Shown: positions 12,220 to 24,462 of the stretch, one piece after another | How the letters are laid out: every line of letters starts with the position of its first letter | Numbering within the stretch: position 1 is the stretch's first letter | DNA from: Antedon mediterranea | Lineage: Eukaryota > Animalia > Echinodermata | NCBI RefSeq assembly: GCF_964355755.1 | Contig: NC_092674.1 | Span: 23,808,001-23,872,000, forward strand | DNA: 64,000 bases | Reading direction: 5' to 3' | Made by a program: the position numbers and the translations under genes | The notes under the pieces: generated by a model | What the model saw: the letters and a program-made list of their open reading frames with translations, nothing else | What the model was told of the DNA's origin: nothing | Database searches by the model: none

Positions 12220-15200
12220 TCAGAAATAAGGTGTTGTAGCTAGCCTTTCGGTTGATTTGTTCATCGTTAAATGGAACAGCTCCTGTTCCTCCATATTTCG
12301 TTTCCTTTCGTAGTCTTGTCGTTTCATCCCGTCCCTCAGATGTCCACCGTTTGCAGCTAAGCACATTAGAAAATTTATCTTTAAGATATAAAATTTCAAT
12401 AATAACAATATAAATTATGAAAGTTTTTTTTTTTGGTAATTTTTAATATTTATTACTGCAGTAAGTTTTCTTTTTCTTTTCTAGTTTCTTTAGTTTTTTT
12501 AATGTGAAGTTTGAGGCATTCACTGTAAGAAATAGGGACGACGCGTGAATATAGTTACTGCAGTAACTGAAGTAGAATGATTCTGACAACCGAAACCTAA
12601 TCTGATCTTGCTAATGTTTAAAATAAAAACAAACCAAAATCTTAAAAAATATTAATAGATCATCGGAAATTCTTTTCTCTTTAAATAAAATACTAATAAC
12701 ATCTCCACCTACCATTCCGAGTGTAGCCAATCCAGCAGATCCAAATGACACTACAAAAAGTACAAAGGATTTCTCGGCCTGAAATTAGAGAAAGATATTC
12801 ATTTTTCCCGCTGCTGCTCTAGCCCGCTACGTCCCATTAGGACTACTCAATCAGAAGCTAAAGCGAGCAGCAGTTATAGTTCTAAGGACGACAGTTTTGC
12901 GAAAATGGAAACTTCACTATAATTTATAGATTTCCAGCTGCTACTGTAGACCCAAAAAACGTCTGGGAAAAGAGTCTATTCGGACATGTCATGCTAAAAT
13001 TACAAATCCCAAAGCATTTCTGGTATTTATGACTTTTGAATGTAATTCACTGTTAGATATTCATTGAATTATTATCCAAACAGTCCATTAAAGTTTGTGT
13101 TTGTTATAGGATATTTCACACTTGAAATATCTAGGGTGATGAAGTGACCCCCAGACTTGACCTTAGTAATAAAATTAACTAAAGTGACAGAAATTGAGTA
13201 TTCACTTCTGTAACAAAAAAATAATATTTATTCACATATTTGTTGCTTTAAATTACATTTTTTCAGGTAAAATAACTATTAGGCCTATGTGACAATAAAA
13301 TGACACATTCAAAAACATTGGAAATAAAAAATATTTTTCAATAAGCAAGCATCGTTTTAAGAAATATTTCTTGTTTATTTATAGGCCTTATCCACGAAAT
13401 CTGAATCACACATGGATTTTCCATATTTGAACATGAAATGCCTATATTTATAATTTTCCTAAAATGTACATCATTACCAGGACAAATCATTGTTAATGGT
13501 TTTCCCAAATGGGGTTCTAGCCCTCATGCCGAGTTATCCATTGAAAATCAATTATCTATGTACCATACGGGGTGCCAATCGCGACATTAAAAAAAATAGT
13601 AACTAGTAGTAATTTAATTAGTAGAGCTGTAGCTTGGTGATTCAGCCTTTCAATCCCAAGGTCCAGGGTTCAATCTTGACCTATTACCAGGGTTTGTAAC
13701 TCACGACTCTTTCAACCCAACTCCTCATACCTCAACTGAGACTCAAATGATGCATTATTAAATAGCCTGTATTTGGTGATTTACTCGTTGTTGGATGCGT
13801 ATAGCCTAAAGAAAAATTGCCACTGTTGACTATTTAATCCCCAATCAGATACCTTTAACTACTGGAAAAGTATCCTTGTGCGTGGTGTCGGATCTTATAT
13901 AGGCCTAATTGTAAATGTATTTTCCAACCTAGTCGATTCCTGTGTCAAAGACAAGCTTTGTAACCATTTGAAAGTAATTGAATTCGAACTGGAAACCTTA
14001 TCATGGTTAATATAATAATAAGTTAAACAAATCGTATAGACTGCGCTAAATAACAGCATGGAGGTACCTCCATGATAACAGTAACTACCACGATAACTTA
14101 TTGATACTGCCCCTAGACAATTTCGCCTCTTAAGGCGCCCCGTAGTTACCTGTTGGCAATAGTTTAATAGATCATCGTCACAGATCGCACTTGATATTCC
14201 GCCGTTTCCAAGCCCTGTAGTTAAAACGAACAAACAAGTAATTTGCGTCAATGGTTCCCATGTCGCAAACTAAATTTATATTTGATTGGCACATATGGTT
14301 CAGTTTAGGGTAGACTGGTAGAAGAAAACAAGTCTAATTGTTCAGATACATAGTTTGGTGCATGCAATACAAGAAAAGTTGAAAACGTCCTTGTCGTCAT
14401 GATGTTTCTACTAGGCTTAGGCCTACACTTCCGTAAACTCAGATGGACGTTTATTAGTTTTGTTTGGCGTAATCATCAGTGACTATATGTAAAGATATAA
14501 AGGTACACCTACATCCTTTTTAAAAATAAAAAGCAGACAATATTTCCCTTGTTCTTTCTGCCATTTATAGCGTTCAGCCAATTTCATTTTGAATAGTAGG
14601 TGTGTAGTCTTCCATTTACGCGTATTTGGGATATACTCATCATAAATTGAGGATATGGTATGCTAAGGGAGATTAATGTAAATGTGAGGGAAAGTCTTAA
14701 GCTCTGTCTACACTATCAAACTAGTTTGAAAAAAAAGTTGGATGTGCCCAAATATGGTAGTGATATGCTCAAATATGGTAGTAATATGACAGTTCGATAG
14801 TGTCGACAAGGCTTTAAAGTATTTGACGGGCACAACTTCGGTCGTCTGTCCCTGTCCACAACTTCCGATATCTAGAGTGATAGAAATGTAGGCACTAATA
14901 ATGAATGCAATACTAACTAGACCTAATTAAGTTACCTACTTACCGTACCACGTCAAATTTATACAAGCATTTGGGTCGACTGCATCATTTTCGTCAATAA
15001 TTCCGTCACTATAACAATATCCCGTTGTCATTTTCATGAACATGGTGGGGATGACTAAAACGCACAATATGAACAACCACACAAGCAGCATAAAATAAGT
15101 AAAAATTGTAGCCTAGAAAAAAAATTGGAAGCTGTATATTTTTACCAACATCAGTTACATAATGTCACAATGCTGCTGTTTTTAACGTACGAACAGCGTT

Positions 15201-18200
15201 GTGCAATAGTGTGCCAAGTGAACATGTGCATTTCGAGAAGCATGCCTTTCGATATGGAAGGTATAGGTCTTAACCCATGACTCATTATAGATCTAATATT
15301 TTAGGTTCCAAATATCTATATCGTCTATTTAATCCATCCGCCTTATGGTTTTATGTTTTGTATATTTAATTTTCTCTAAAAGAACCTGAGAAATATGATC
15401 AGAATATTTCTCATGCACTGGTAGGCCTAAGCATACGGTTGCGTAAGTAAGTTGAATTGTAGAGGAATTATTTCCTCCTCTATGGTTGAATATGTTACAT
15501 TGCTTTTAATCGCTATCCGTATGCTTGGTTCCCACTAGAGACATAGGCGCAACGCAACGCAAGTGATTTAACCAATCATAACCAATGGATTATTCGAACT
15601 GTCGCTTGTGGTCAAATACACGTCAACACGTTTACGTCCTTGCGTTGAGTCCTAGTGGGAACCATGCTTACATTATTTGACCTGGTTCGTAGGCATATGT
15701 AAAGCGTGGTTCCCACTAGCGACGCAACGCAAGGACGTAACGCAACGCAAGTGAATTGACCAATCACAAGCGATGGCTTATTCGCTTGTGATTGCTAACT
15801 GTCTATAACTTCGCTTGTCATTGGTTAAACGCTTGCGTTGCGTTTAAGTCCTTGCGTTGCGTCGCTAGTGAGAACCACGCTTTACATAGGCCTACGAACC
15901 AATGATGTAACCGTGGTTCCCACTAGAACGCAACGCAACGTGACGCCGTGACGTATCGACGCAAAGGGCTGTATTGCGTAATCACAAGTGGGAACCGACG
16001 ACGCAATAGTGCAACAAAAATCTCAGGTTTGATTTCACGCAGGCGGGGGCAAACAAAATTATTGGAAGGGCATTTTGTTACGTTGCGTCGGTTGCGTTAC
16101 GTTGCGTCGCTAGTGGGAATCATACGGTGGCCTATAAGTGTCACGGCAACTTTCAAAAAATATCACGGCAATTTTTTCAAAAAAAGCCACGGCAATTTGA
16201 AAAAAGCCACGGCAATTTGAAAAAAGCCACGGCAAATTAAAAATAAAACATCACGGCAAATTAAAAATAAAACATCGCGGCAATTTAACAAAAATACCAG
16301 GGTAACTTAAAAATGAAACACCACGGCAAATTAGTATTGAAACACCACGGCAAATTAATAGTGAAACACCACGGCAAATTACAGAATGCCACGGCGGAAG
16401 TGAGTTACCACGGCGGAAGTGAAACCTTTGGAACCTTCGATTTTTTCTGAGGTAAGTAATTATTTGTGCTTTGATGTAAATATTATATTAATTTATTTAA
16501 CTGCAGCAGTTTACGTGTTTATTGCACTCTTCTTGAACTTTCTAGGCCGGGCTAGACCATAGGCCTTATTACAAGGTAGGCCTAGGCCCTATAACATTCT
16601 ACAATGTTTTAATATATTTACAGTAATCTGTTTTTTATATAACAAGTTGTTTTTACAGTAGACCTAGCTACTACTGTAGGCCTAAGGCCTAGGGCTAGTA
16701 GTAGGCATAGCTAGGCCTAGTGCAATAAACACGTAAATGCTGTAGTTAAATATAATAAATTAATATAATAATATTTACTTCAATGCACAAATAATTACTT
16801 ACCTCAGAAAAAATCGAAGATTCCAAAGGTTTCACTTCCGCCGTGGTAACTCACTTCCGCCGTGGCATTCTGTAATTTGCCGTGGTGTTTCATTACTAAT
16901 TTTCCGTGGTGTTTTAATACTAATTTGCCGTGGTGTTTCATTTTTAAGTTGCCGTGGTATTTTTGTTAAATTGCCGCGATGTTTATTTTTAATTTGCCGT
17001 GATGTTTTATTTTTAATTTGCCGTGGCTTTTTTCAAATTGCCGTGGCTTTTTTCAAATTGCCGTGGCTTTTTTTTAAAGTTGCCGTGATCTTTTTTGAAA
17101 GTTGCCGTGACACTTATAGGCCACCGTAGAATCACGCTTCACGCGAAGAATTGAACCACTGGAACGCGTACTTCAAGCATATTAATAACGTCACGGGGCA
17201 CATAGTTATGTTTTACTTACACTATTCATACAGCATTTTCCATTGAATGTAATTTCGTTTGTACTGTAAACTTGCTTCTTAGCTTGTCCAGTAGCGACAA
17301 ATCCAATGAAAAGCAAAAGTAACGAATAGACGGCGAAAACTGCTGCTATTCCGTATATTACGTACCGCAATGCCTCAAGACTAGTAAATAAAAACAAGTT
17401 GTTATAGTAGGTCATAAAGTATAAAGAATGTTAAAAAACTTCTCGGTTTCAGATGGTCTCATAATAATAATTTAAGTTTCCTTTATTTATACCCCTTATT
17501 TAAGTGTACACTGAATAACGGTTTTCCAAAGGAGGGGTTACATACATAATAGAAAGAGAACCAAAATATTCTTCATACGATATAGTTGACATTTTAACAA
17601 ACATGAAACCAGACTACTGTAAAGCGTGGTTCCTACTAGAACGCAACGCAGCGACGTATTGACGCAAAGTGCCGGCCGTATTGCGTAATCACAAGTGGGA
17701 ACCAACGACGCAACAGTGCTGCAAACATCGCAGGTTTGATTTCACGCAGGCGGGGGCAAACACAATTATTGGAAGGGCATTTGCTTATATTGCGTAGGTT
17801 GTGTTACGTTGCGTCGCTAGTGGAAGCTTGGTTCCCACTAGAACGTAACGCAAGGACGTAAACGCAACGCAAGCGTTTTAACCAATGACAAGCGAAGTTA
17901 TAGACAGTTAGCAATCACAAGCGAATAAGCCATCGCTTGTGATTGGTCAATTCATTTGTGTTGCGTTACGTCCTTGCGTTGCGTCGCTAGTGGGAACCAA
18001 GCTTAAGAACGGTTACGACGTAATGTATAAAGTACGATGTATACGTGATTCCCATTGTTCATTGCTGGTACCGGTGGATGGCTATGGCTGTTCAAGTAGG
18101 CCCTACGAATGAGTTGAGAAACTTGAGAATACTATGCTACTACTAAATATACTAGGCCTATGCTGTTCAGTATTCCCACGTACGACAAACTTGTGGGTTT

Positions 18201-21200
18201 AAGCTCTGTCTACACTATCAAACGTTATGTGACGAAACAAACGTGATGTGCCCATGGACATGATGATGTCATATCACTACCATATTTAAACATATCACAC
18301 TACCATATTTGGGCACATCACACTTTATTTGTCGAACTAGTTTGATAGTGCAGACGAAGCTTTATACAGGCTGATCTTATAATTATTCATTCATTCATTT
18401 CTCTGTATTTTGGACTTAATATCCATAAAATAAACACTACTACATAATTAGTATTGTTTAATTTTTAATTCATTTATTTGTAATTTTACTTTTCACGGAC
18501 CAGAGATTGAATTGAATAAACAAACGTTACTCAACAATCTGACAACAGTTTGAATTTGAATTTGAATCTGAAATTTCGATTCCGCTAGAAAATTGACAGA
18601 ACGCACTAGTGGGTTAATAAAGCTCAGGTACAGGCATGAATTTTAAATATAATATTTTGTTAATTGTACAATCCATAAATCAAATATATGTGTAACATAA
18701 ATCATGACGAAAAAATATGAATTTCCCTTAAAATGGCAAAATTTGCTTCTGGGCTGTTAAAAATCAAATATACATAGGCCCTACAGGGGTGAAAACATGT
18801 CTGTATTCGTTGAAATGGTGAAAATATTTCATTCGTTGAAATTGAAATATTGACTGCGTAACCTCTGATGTATAGATTTCCAAATCGAAAAAGTGGGCAA
18901 TTTAAAAAAAAATAGTTGATTACCGTCTATACCGTAGTATACTTAGGACACTGAATCTGACGGGAATAATTCGGCATGCGACTTGTTCTTGGGGGAACCA
19001 CTAACCCAAACAGTGAATTATAGTAAAAAGGGGGTGAGGGAGATAACTAAACGTTTAACGAACAATATAAATAGGCCTACACTACTGTACTGACAAGTAA
19101 CTAGAGATACCTGTACTTGTGTGCACAGTACATCCATTATTACCAGGTGTCGGCTGCATAATTTATGAGGCCACTCATCTAAACACGCTTTTTGATGAAA
19201 TCGTGTTAGCAATACGGGTTTCAAATCTCATAACAAGACTGGTGGTTGCTAAGCTCTTAGGCCAAAGGGTAATCTGTTTTGCTACGCTAATATACACAAA
19301 CACTGCTGTACAAAACATTTTAAAATGCAATTAGGAAAGCAGATGGACGAGTAGTTGGATAAGAACATACGGTATTACACATTTAATAGATAGAATTACT
19401 ATTGTAACTATCAATAGACAAAAACTTGAGAATAAACTTAACTAAACATTGTTTTTAGTACTGTACTGTAATTTATGAGAAATAATATATAGTTTTCATA
19501 CATTAATTTCTAATAAGTATCGATCTATAGTTTCCACAATGTTTCATAATTGAGAAAAGAAAAACATTTGCTGATGATAAATATTGAGATGCATGTAGAC
19601 GGTAGTTAACGTGAGATGAACGGCGTTTTTTTTGTAAGAAATATTGCTTGTTATATTTAGTACTGTATATGCAATAATTATAGTGGCGATAAGATGTATT
19701 TGAACACGGTTCGTGTTGGTGGTCATCCACAATCCGATAAATCACACTAAGCGGTTGATAAGAACGCTAAGTTAACCGCACTTCTGTTAAAAGGTTATCA
19801 ATAACACTCCTAACAACATATTTGAACTTTCATTATGATTATATTTAAAGATAAAACTCGACAAAATATTATGTTAATCATATTGCTTAAATTCTCCTGA
19901 TAACAATACATAATGGGCGCGCCTGTTCAATGCTCAGTTATATACCCGTAGTTGATTATAGATTGGTTCCCACTAGATACGCAATGTAGCGCAAACTACG
20001 CAATGTAAGAAAATGCCCTTCTTAAACGCAGATTTGATTTCACGCAGGCGGGGGCAAACATAATTAGGTTGCGTTACGTTGCGTCGCTACTGGGAAAAGA
20101 ACAATTATCCGCTAACGTTGGTGGGTACCAAGCGTGGTTCCCACTAGCGACGCAACACAAGGACGTAACGCAACGCAAGTGAATTGACCAATCACAAGCG
20201 ATGGCTTATTTGCTTGTGATTGCTAACTGTCTATAACTTCGCTTGTCATTGGTTAAAACGCTTGCGTTGCGTTTACGTCCCTGCGTTACGTTCTAGTGGG
20301 AACCAAGCTTCAAGTCACATACGTCCCAATGATTTCAAATCCTAGGAGTGTCCAATGACTCAAAGGTGATAAATGACATACAGGAATTGTTTACTCAGCT
20401 GATTAAAATCAATATGTTTAACACCACCACAATAATATTAATGAAAATAGATCATCGATCGATTGGTAATCAGAAACACAAACACTATATACTACGATTA
20501 TTGATTTGTGTAAACTGGTATAATAATACTCATAATTCCGCCCTTTGTTTATCCCATATTTCATCAAACTTTCAGCCTTTTCGATTAAAATGTAAAGTCC
20601 ATACGATATGTAGTATCCCTAATTATTATATCCAACTACCTGTATTATTACTATGATGTCATCATATTGATATAAACACGTAACTAAACAATGACGTTAT
20701 CACTGGTTATATATTAATTAACGTGTATTAGTACTGCCATTGTTATGTTTTTAGCGTTTGATAATGAATACAGCATCGTATGGTGTAATAATCATGACAA
20801 CTGAATTCGAGACTATGCTATTGGGTCCTTGAGATGGTGGTACATTATATGACGTATTAGGCCTACGACGTCATAAATTTCAGTCGATCGTATCATAACT
20901 TGTGGTGAATGTTTAATTGTCGGACCTAATTCCCAGATTTCTAAGATCATGATCGGGATGAGATGACGTAGTTTATTTCTTGCTTTCAGCATCTTCTTCT
21001 TCCCCACCTCCGTCAGTTAACTTCTGAGCAACATATATCCTTATATTAATTATCAGTACTGTATATAGATTTGCAATAGTTCATTGTACTAATGCAATAG
21101 TTGTTGTATTCGAATGACTGGAGCCCATGTAGGCCTAATTTAGATTTTTCTTTTCCCGACTAGAATTACACAGGCCTCTGTTTAAATAATGTGTTTCTGA

Positions 21201-21640
21201 ATGTGATCTGAATGTGAAAATACAAAAAAAATGGAAGCGAAAAATAATCCAAAAAATCTATCATATATAATCTTATAAAAAAGGAATAATATATTCTTAC
21301 TTACAATTTGTGCATATCGTCCTCTATAGATGTATTCTCAAACATATCTTGTGTTTCTGATATGCCAACGAGCGAAGCACCAGTAAAGATGCCAACGCCA
21401 GTGCACAGAAGAACGGTAGCGAATAGAGATCCATAAGGAATTCCTGTCCCACATTCGTCCCGATGAACTTTTAAACAACAAAATAAAATGTACAAAAATG
21501 AAATATTAGTTTAGGCGAATGTGGTATCTTATACTGTATACGCCAGAACTGCCAATTCTCTGTAACCTAAAACCTATAAACTATTCGAATGAGTGAAACG
21601 TTATATCGCCGTCGTTTCCACACTGACCATACTTACCCAT
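12220..21640 (-). CDS. GPM6A-like: Myelin proteolipid family protein (PLP/DM20/M6-like, 4 TM)
   Basis: Seven GT-AG exons: 21637-21640 (ATG G), 21305-21467 (VHRDECGTGIPYGSLFATVLLCTGV), 17221-17380 (YVIYGIAAVF...GKCC), 14944-15112 (TYFMLLVWL...CINLTWYG), 14150-14214, 12713-12778, 12220-12378 (FLMCLAAN...EEQEL...KSTERL). Phases are consistent and the C-terminal tail is M6-type. Confidence 0.93.
12805..13376. repeat. Dispersed ~570-bp repeat (second copy ~51452-52055)
   Basis: Both copies start gctgctgctctagcccgctacgtcccattaggactactcaatcagaagc and stay highly similar; class unknown. Confidence 0.75.
13620..13700 (+). mobile_element. tRNA-derived SINE head (degenerate)
   Basis: tagcttggtga...cctttcaatcccaaggtccagggttcaatc has A/B-box-like spacing; a similar head lies at ~6035-6090. 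No complete cloverleaf. Confidence 0.45.
15703..15881. mobile_element. Harbinger-like MITE family 2 (AGC(G/T)TGGTTCCCACTAG...CTAGTGGGAACCA(C/A)GCT)
   Basis: TIRs; further copies near 11883-12091, 15523-15668, 15912-17138, 17623-17824, 17825-18003, 19965-20130, 20131-20309 and 33910-34030, mostly in M6 introns. Confidence 0.75.
16123..17128. mobile_element. Non-autonomous fold-back DNA transposon, IS3EU-like
   Basis: ~400-bp inverted arms starting TACGGTGGCCTATAAGTGTCACGGCAA, built of ccacggcaa subrepeats; 6-bp TSD GAATCA (16117-16122, 17129-17134); inserted in the TIR of a family-2 MITE. Confidence 0.75.
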
Positions 21641-22286
21641 TTTAACTCCCTGTTTTCGGCTTTCAGTTTAATAACAATGATGTTACTTATTCCGTATCTT
21701 TCAAAAACACGACATTGAAAACTTGCTGATATAGACACAGTTTGTTTATCTTTCAAGTAAAGTACTGTATTTAAACGAACTCATGCAATGCCTATTTAAT
21801 TTAAGAACATGCCTTGTTAACAGGTCTTAATGCTGTGAAATCAGGAAGGCTACTGGATGGTGGTGATAGTTTAGTTCAGATGTATCACAAAGTTAGCTTG
21901 TACTTTTAATGGGGGCGCCCTCTAATTTTAAGTTAAGTTTAACCATTGGCAGGTAGGAGTAAATGTTCAGTTTTTAGTCTACAGCTCAGTCGGTTGGTTG
22001 GCCGGTCAGTCGGTCGGTCGGTCGGTAAACACTAACTGAAATTTGAGCGCACGACTACAGCCATGTTTATATAGAACGGTATGTTTAATAAATATTTCGA
22101 CAAAATTTTTCAAATCCGTACACGGCATTGTTGATTATGTGGCACAGCTATATATATATATATAAATCAATGATGTTGCGTAGCACTGTGTAAATTATAT
22201 ATAAATCATACTGTAAATTATAGAAACAGTGCTCATATTCGGAACATGTTCCGAATATGAGCGCTGTTTCTATAATTTACAGTATG

Positions 22287-22392
<106 letters not shown>

Positions 22393-22429
22393 CAATGGAC
22401 TGTAGATTTATATATATAGATTCAGAGCC

Positions 22430-22488
22430 TAACACCTGAAGATTGAGGATGTATTTTTATCTTTCTCATGAAACAGTCTGTAGTGTTA
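22430..22488 (+). ncRNA. Minimal type I hammerhead ribozyme motif (Penelope/retrozyme-like)
   Basis: Stem I taacac/gtgtta; core CTGAAGA (22436-22442); stem II tgag...ctca; GAAA; stem III aca/tgt; GUA cleavage triplet ending at 22482. Confidence 0.65.
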
Positions 22489-23430
22489 ATAAATATGTTT
22501 TTAATATTAACCTGAGTCTTGATTTTTCATTTATATTGCTCTGCCTCTGTATCGAGGACTCTTATTCATGATCTGGATCAAGTCTACCACGCAGATTAGC
22601 TACATTGGTATACATTTAATTTAAGACAATGTGTGTATACTATTAGTGATGAAAGTGATGCAAACTGGACAGGGACTCTTTAAAATGGCCACCGTATTGG
22701 CTCAAAATACTATGTTATATAAATAACCTAAAATACCATGAAGAGTAGTCTGTTCCAGACGGAGTTTGTTTTAATATTAGTAAAAAGATAAATATGTTGG
22801 CACATATGGCGTTTCATACGTATACTACTTGAGTTTCGATAGTAAAAAATCGAAATAAAAACAAATAAATAAAAAAAAAAGACAACGAATACAGACTTGA
22901 GGCAAGTCTACATGAAGAACCACATTACACTTTTTAGAACTCTATTGTTAATGGCAATACAATAAAAAATCTTTCATTTGTAAAAGATTTAAAAACCAAT
23001 AGATGCACTGATTATGCTTAAATAACATAATATACAACTCAACATAATTTGAAGCCATAAATTGACGTTTCGATCTTTATTGATGTTCATCATCGTTCTA
23101 AATTCTACCGTATTCTATTATTCCTTAGTTCTCATGGATTTGAATTTAAAATGTTGTTGCTACGTTAATTAAATGATACTTTCGTTGAATTTCCAAATTA
23201 CTAATGCACCGTGAATCAAGAATGCGTCATTTAAAATTAAGCATCCTGGAGGCACTGAATTTGTAAATTACATGAATTATACATGTTTGTAGGCGTATCG
23301 AGTTCATATTGAAATTGGAAGACAATGGAATATTACAGTTATACAATTTTTGCTTAAGCTAAACTGACAGGATAGAAGATAGAATCTGCAGAATACTTAA
23401 TTGTACACCATAATAGGGCTATACGAAATC

Positions 23431-24396
23431 ATGTCCTATGCTGACAATTTCACCCGTGATAATCACACAGAGAATGGGTTTTGTGAGACGACTAAATGTG
23501 TAAAGCTGGGAAGTTATACTGCTAAGCAAGTTGTATCACCCTTACTATTGTCTATACTATCTATCGATATTCTGACTAATGGACTTGTTTTTCTAACTAT
23601 AATACTATTAGGAAATCTACGGACGAGAAATAACATTTTTCTGTGTAACATCAACTTTTCCGAGATACTTCGATGTACTGTTATAGGATTATTTATTATT
23701 TTCCATCATGGTGGCGAATCAAAATATGAAGAAAGGAAAGCCTTTAAACAAAGCGATATGTTCAGATCTGTGACTAATTATACAAGTACAGAAAACATTG
23801 CAGACCGTGTACAGTACTGGGTTTATATATCAAAAGAGACGACCCTTCTGGTCACGCAAATGATCATTCTCAGTATGTCAGTAGAAAGATACATTGCCGT
23901 CGTCAAAGCTCCAATAAGATACAAACTAATCTACACAAAAACATTTTACTGGAAAATAGTATTAGCAATTTGGATCGCCAGTGTCTGTATTTCTTGTGCT
24001 ACAGTAGTTCTACGAAAGAGAATTGATTGTCGTTTTCGTTATCTACAATGTGTGATTATTCTACTAATTATTAGTAATTTCATTATTGTCATGATAATTG
24101 TTCGTGCTATAAGATCGAGTTATATAATATGTACATCTGGACGGAAGAATCGTATATTTAAACATAGTTACCGAATAGCTAAACTTAACCTGATGAGAAA
24201 CGCTATATTTACAACTATGATGCTGATTATCTATTCTGTACATGTAATGTGTCTGTTTTACCCTCTTTTAAATCTAGTGTTGTCGCTTGATTCTTTCTTT
24301 ACCCCATTTTTAGTTTGGAAGTTTCATCCTAGCTTTAAAAAAGAAGTTTATAAATATATAGGAACTGAAAAGAAGAAGATTAGAACACAATCTTAA
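23431..24396 (+). CDS. Intronless rhodopsin-class (class A) 7TM GPCR, copy A; putative chemoreceptor
   Basis: Seven hydrophobic segments; TNGLVF (TM1), NIFLCNI (TM2), MSVERYIAVVKAPIRY (TM3), LDSFFTP...FKKEV (TM7/helix 8); N-terminal N-glycosylation sequons. First ATG at 23431 (ORF track starts at TTG 23401). Confidence 0.85.
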   Translation: MSYADNFTRDNHTENGFCETTKCVKLGSYTAKQVVSPLLLSILSIDILTNGLVFLTIILLGNLRTRNNIFLCNINFSEILRCTVIGLFIIFHHGGESKYEERKAFKQSDMFRSVTNYTSTENIADRVQYWVYISKETTLLVTQMIILSMSVERYIAVVKAPIRYKLIYTKTFYWKIVLAIWIASVCISCATVVLRKRIDCRFRYLQCVIILLIISNFIIVMIIVRAIRSSYIICTSGRKNRIFKHSYRIAKLNLMRNAIFTTMMLIIYSVHVMCLFYPLLNLVLSLDSFFTPFLVWKFHPSFKKEVYKYIGTEKKKIRTQS

Positions 24397-24462
24397 TCTG
24401 CGTGTGCGGGAGGAGAAGCTATGCAGATTGTGAATTCGCATGTAGATCTTTCTAAATATAAT

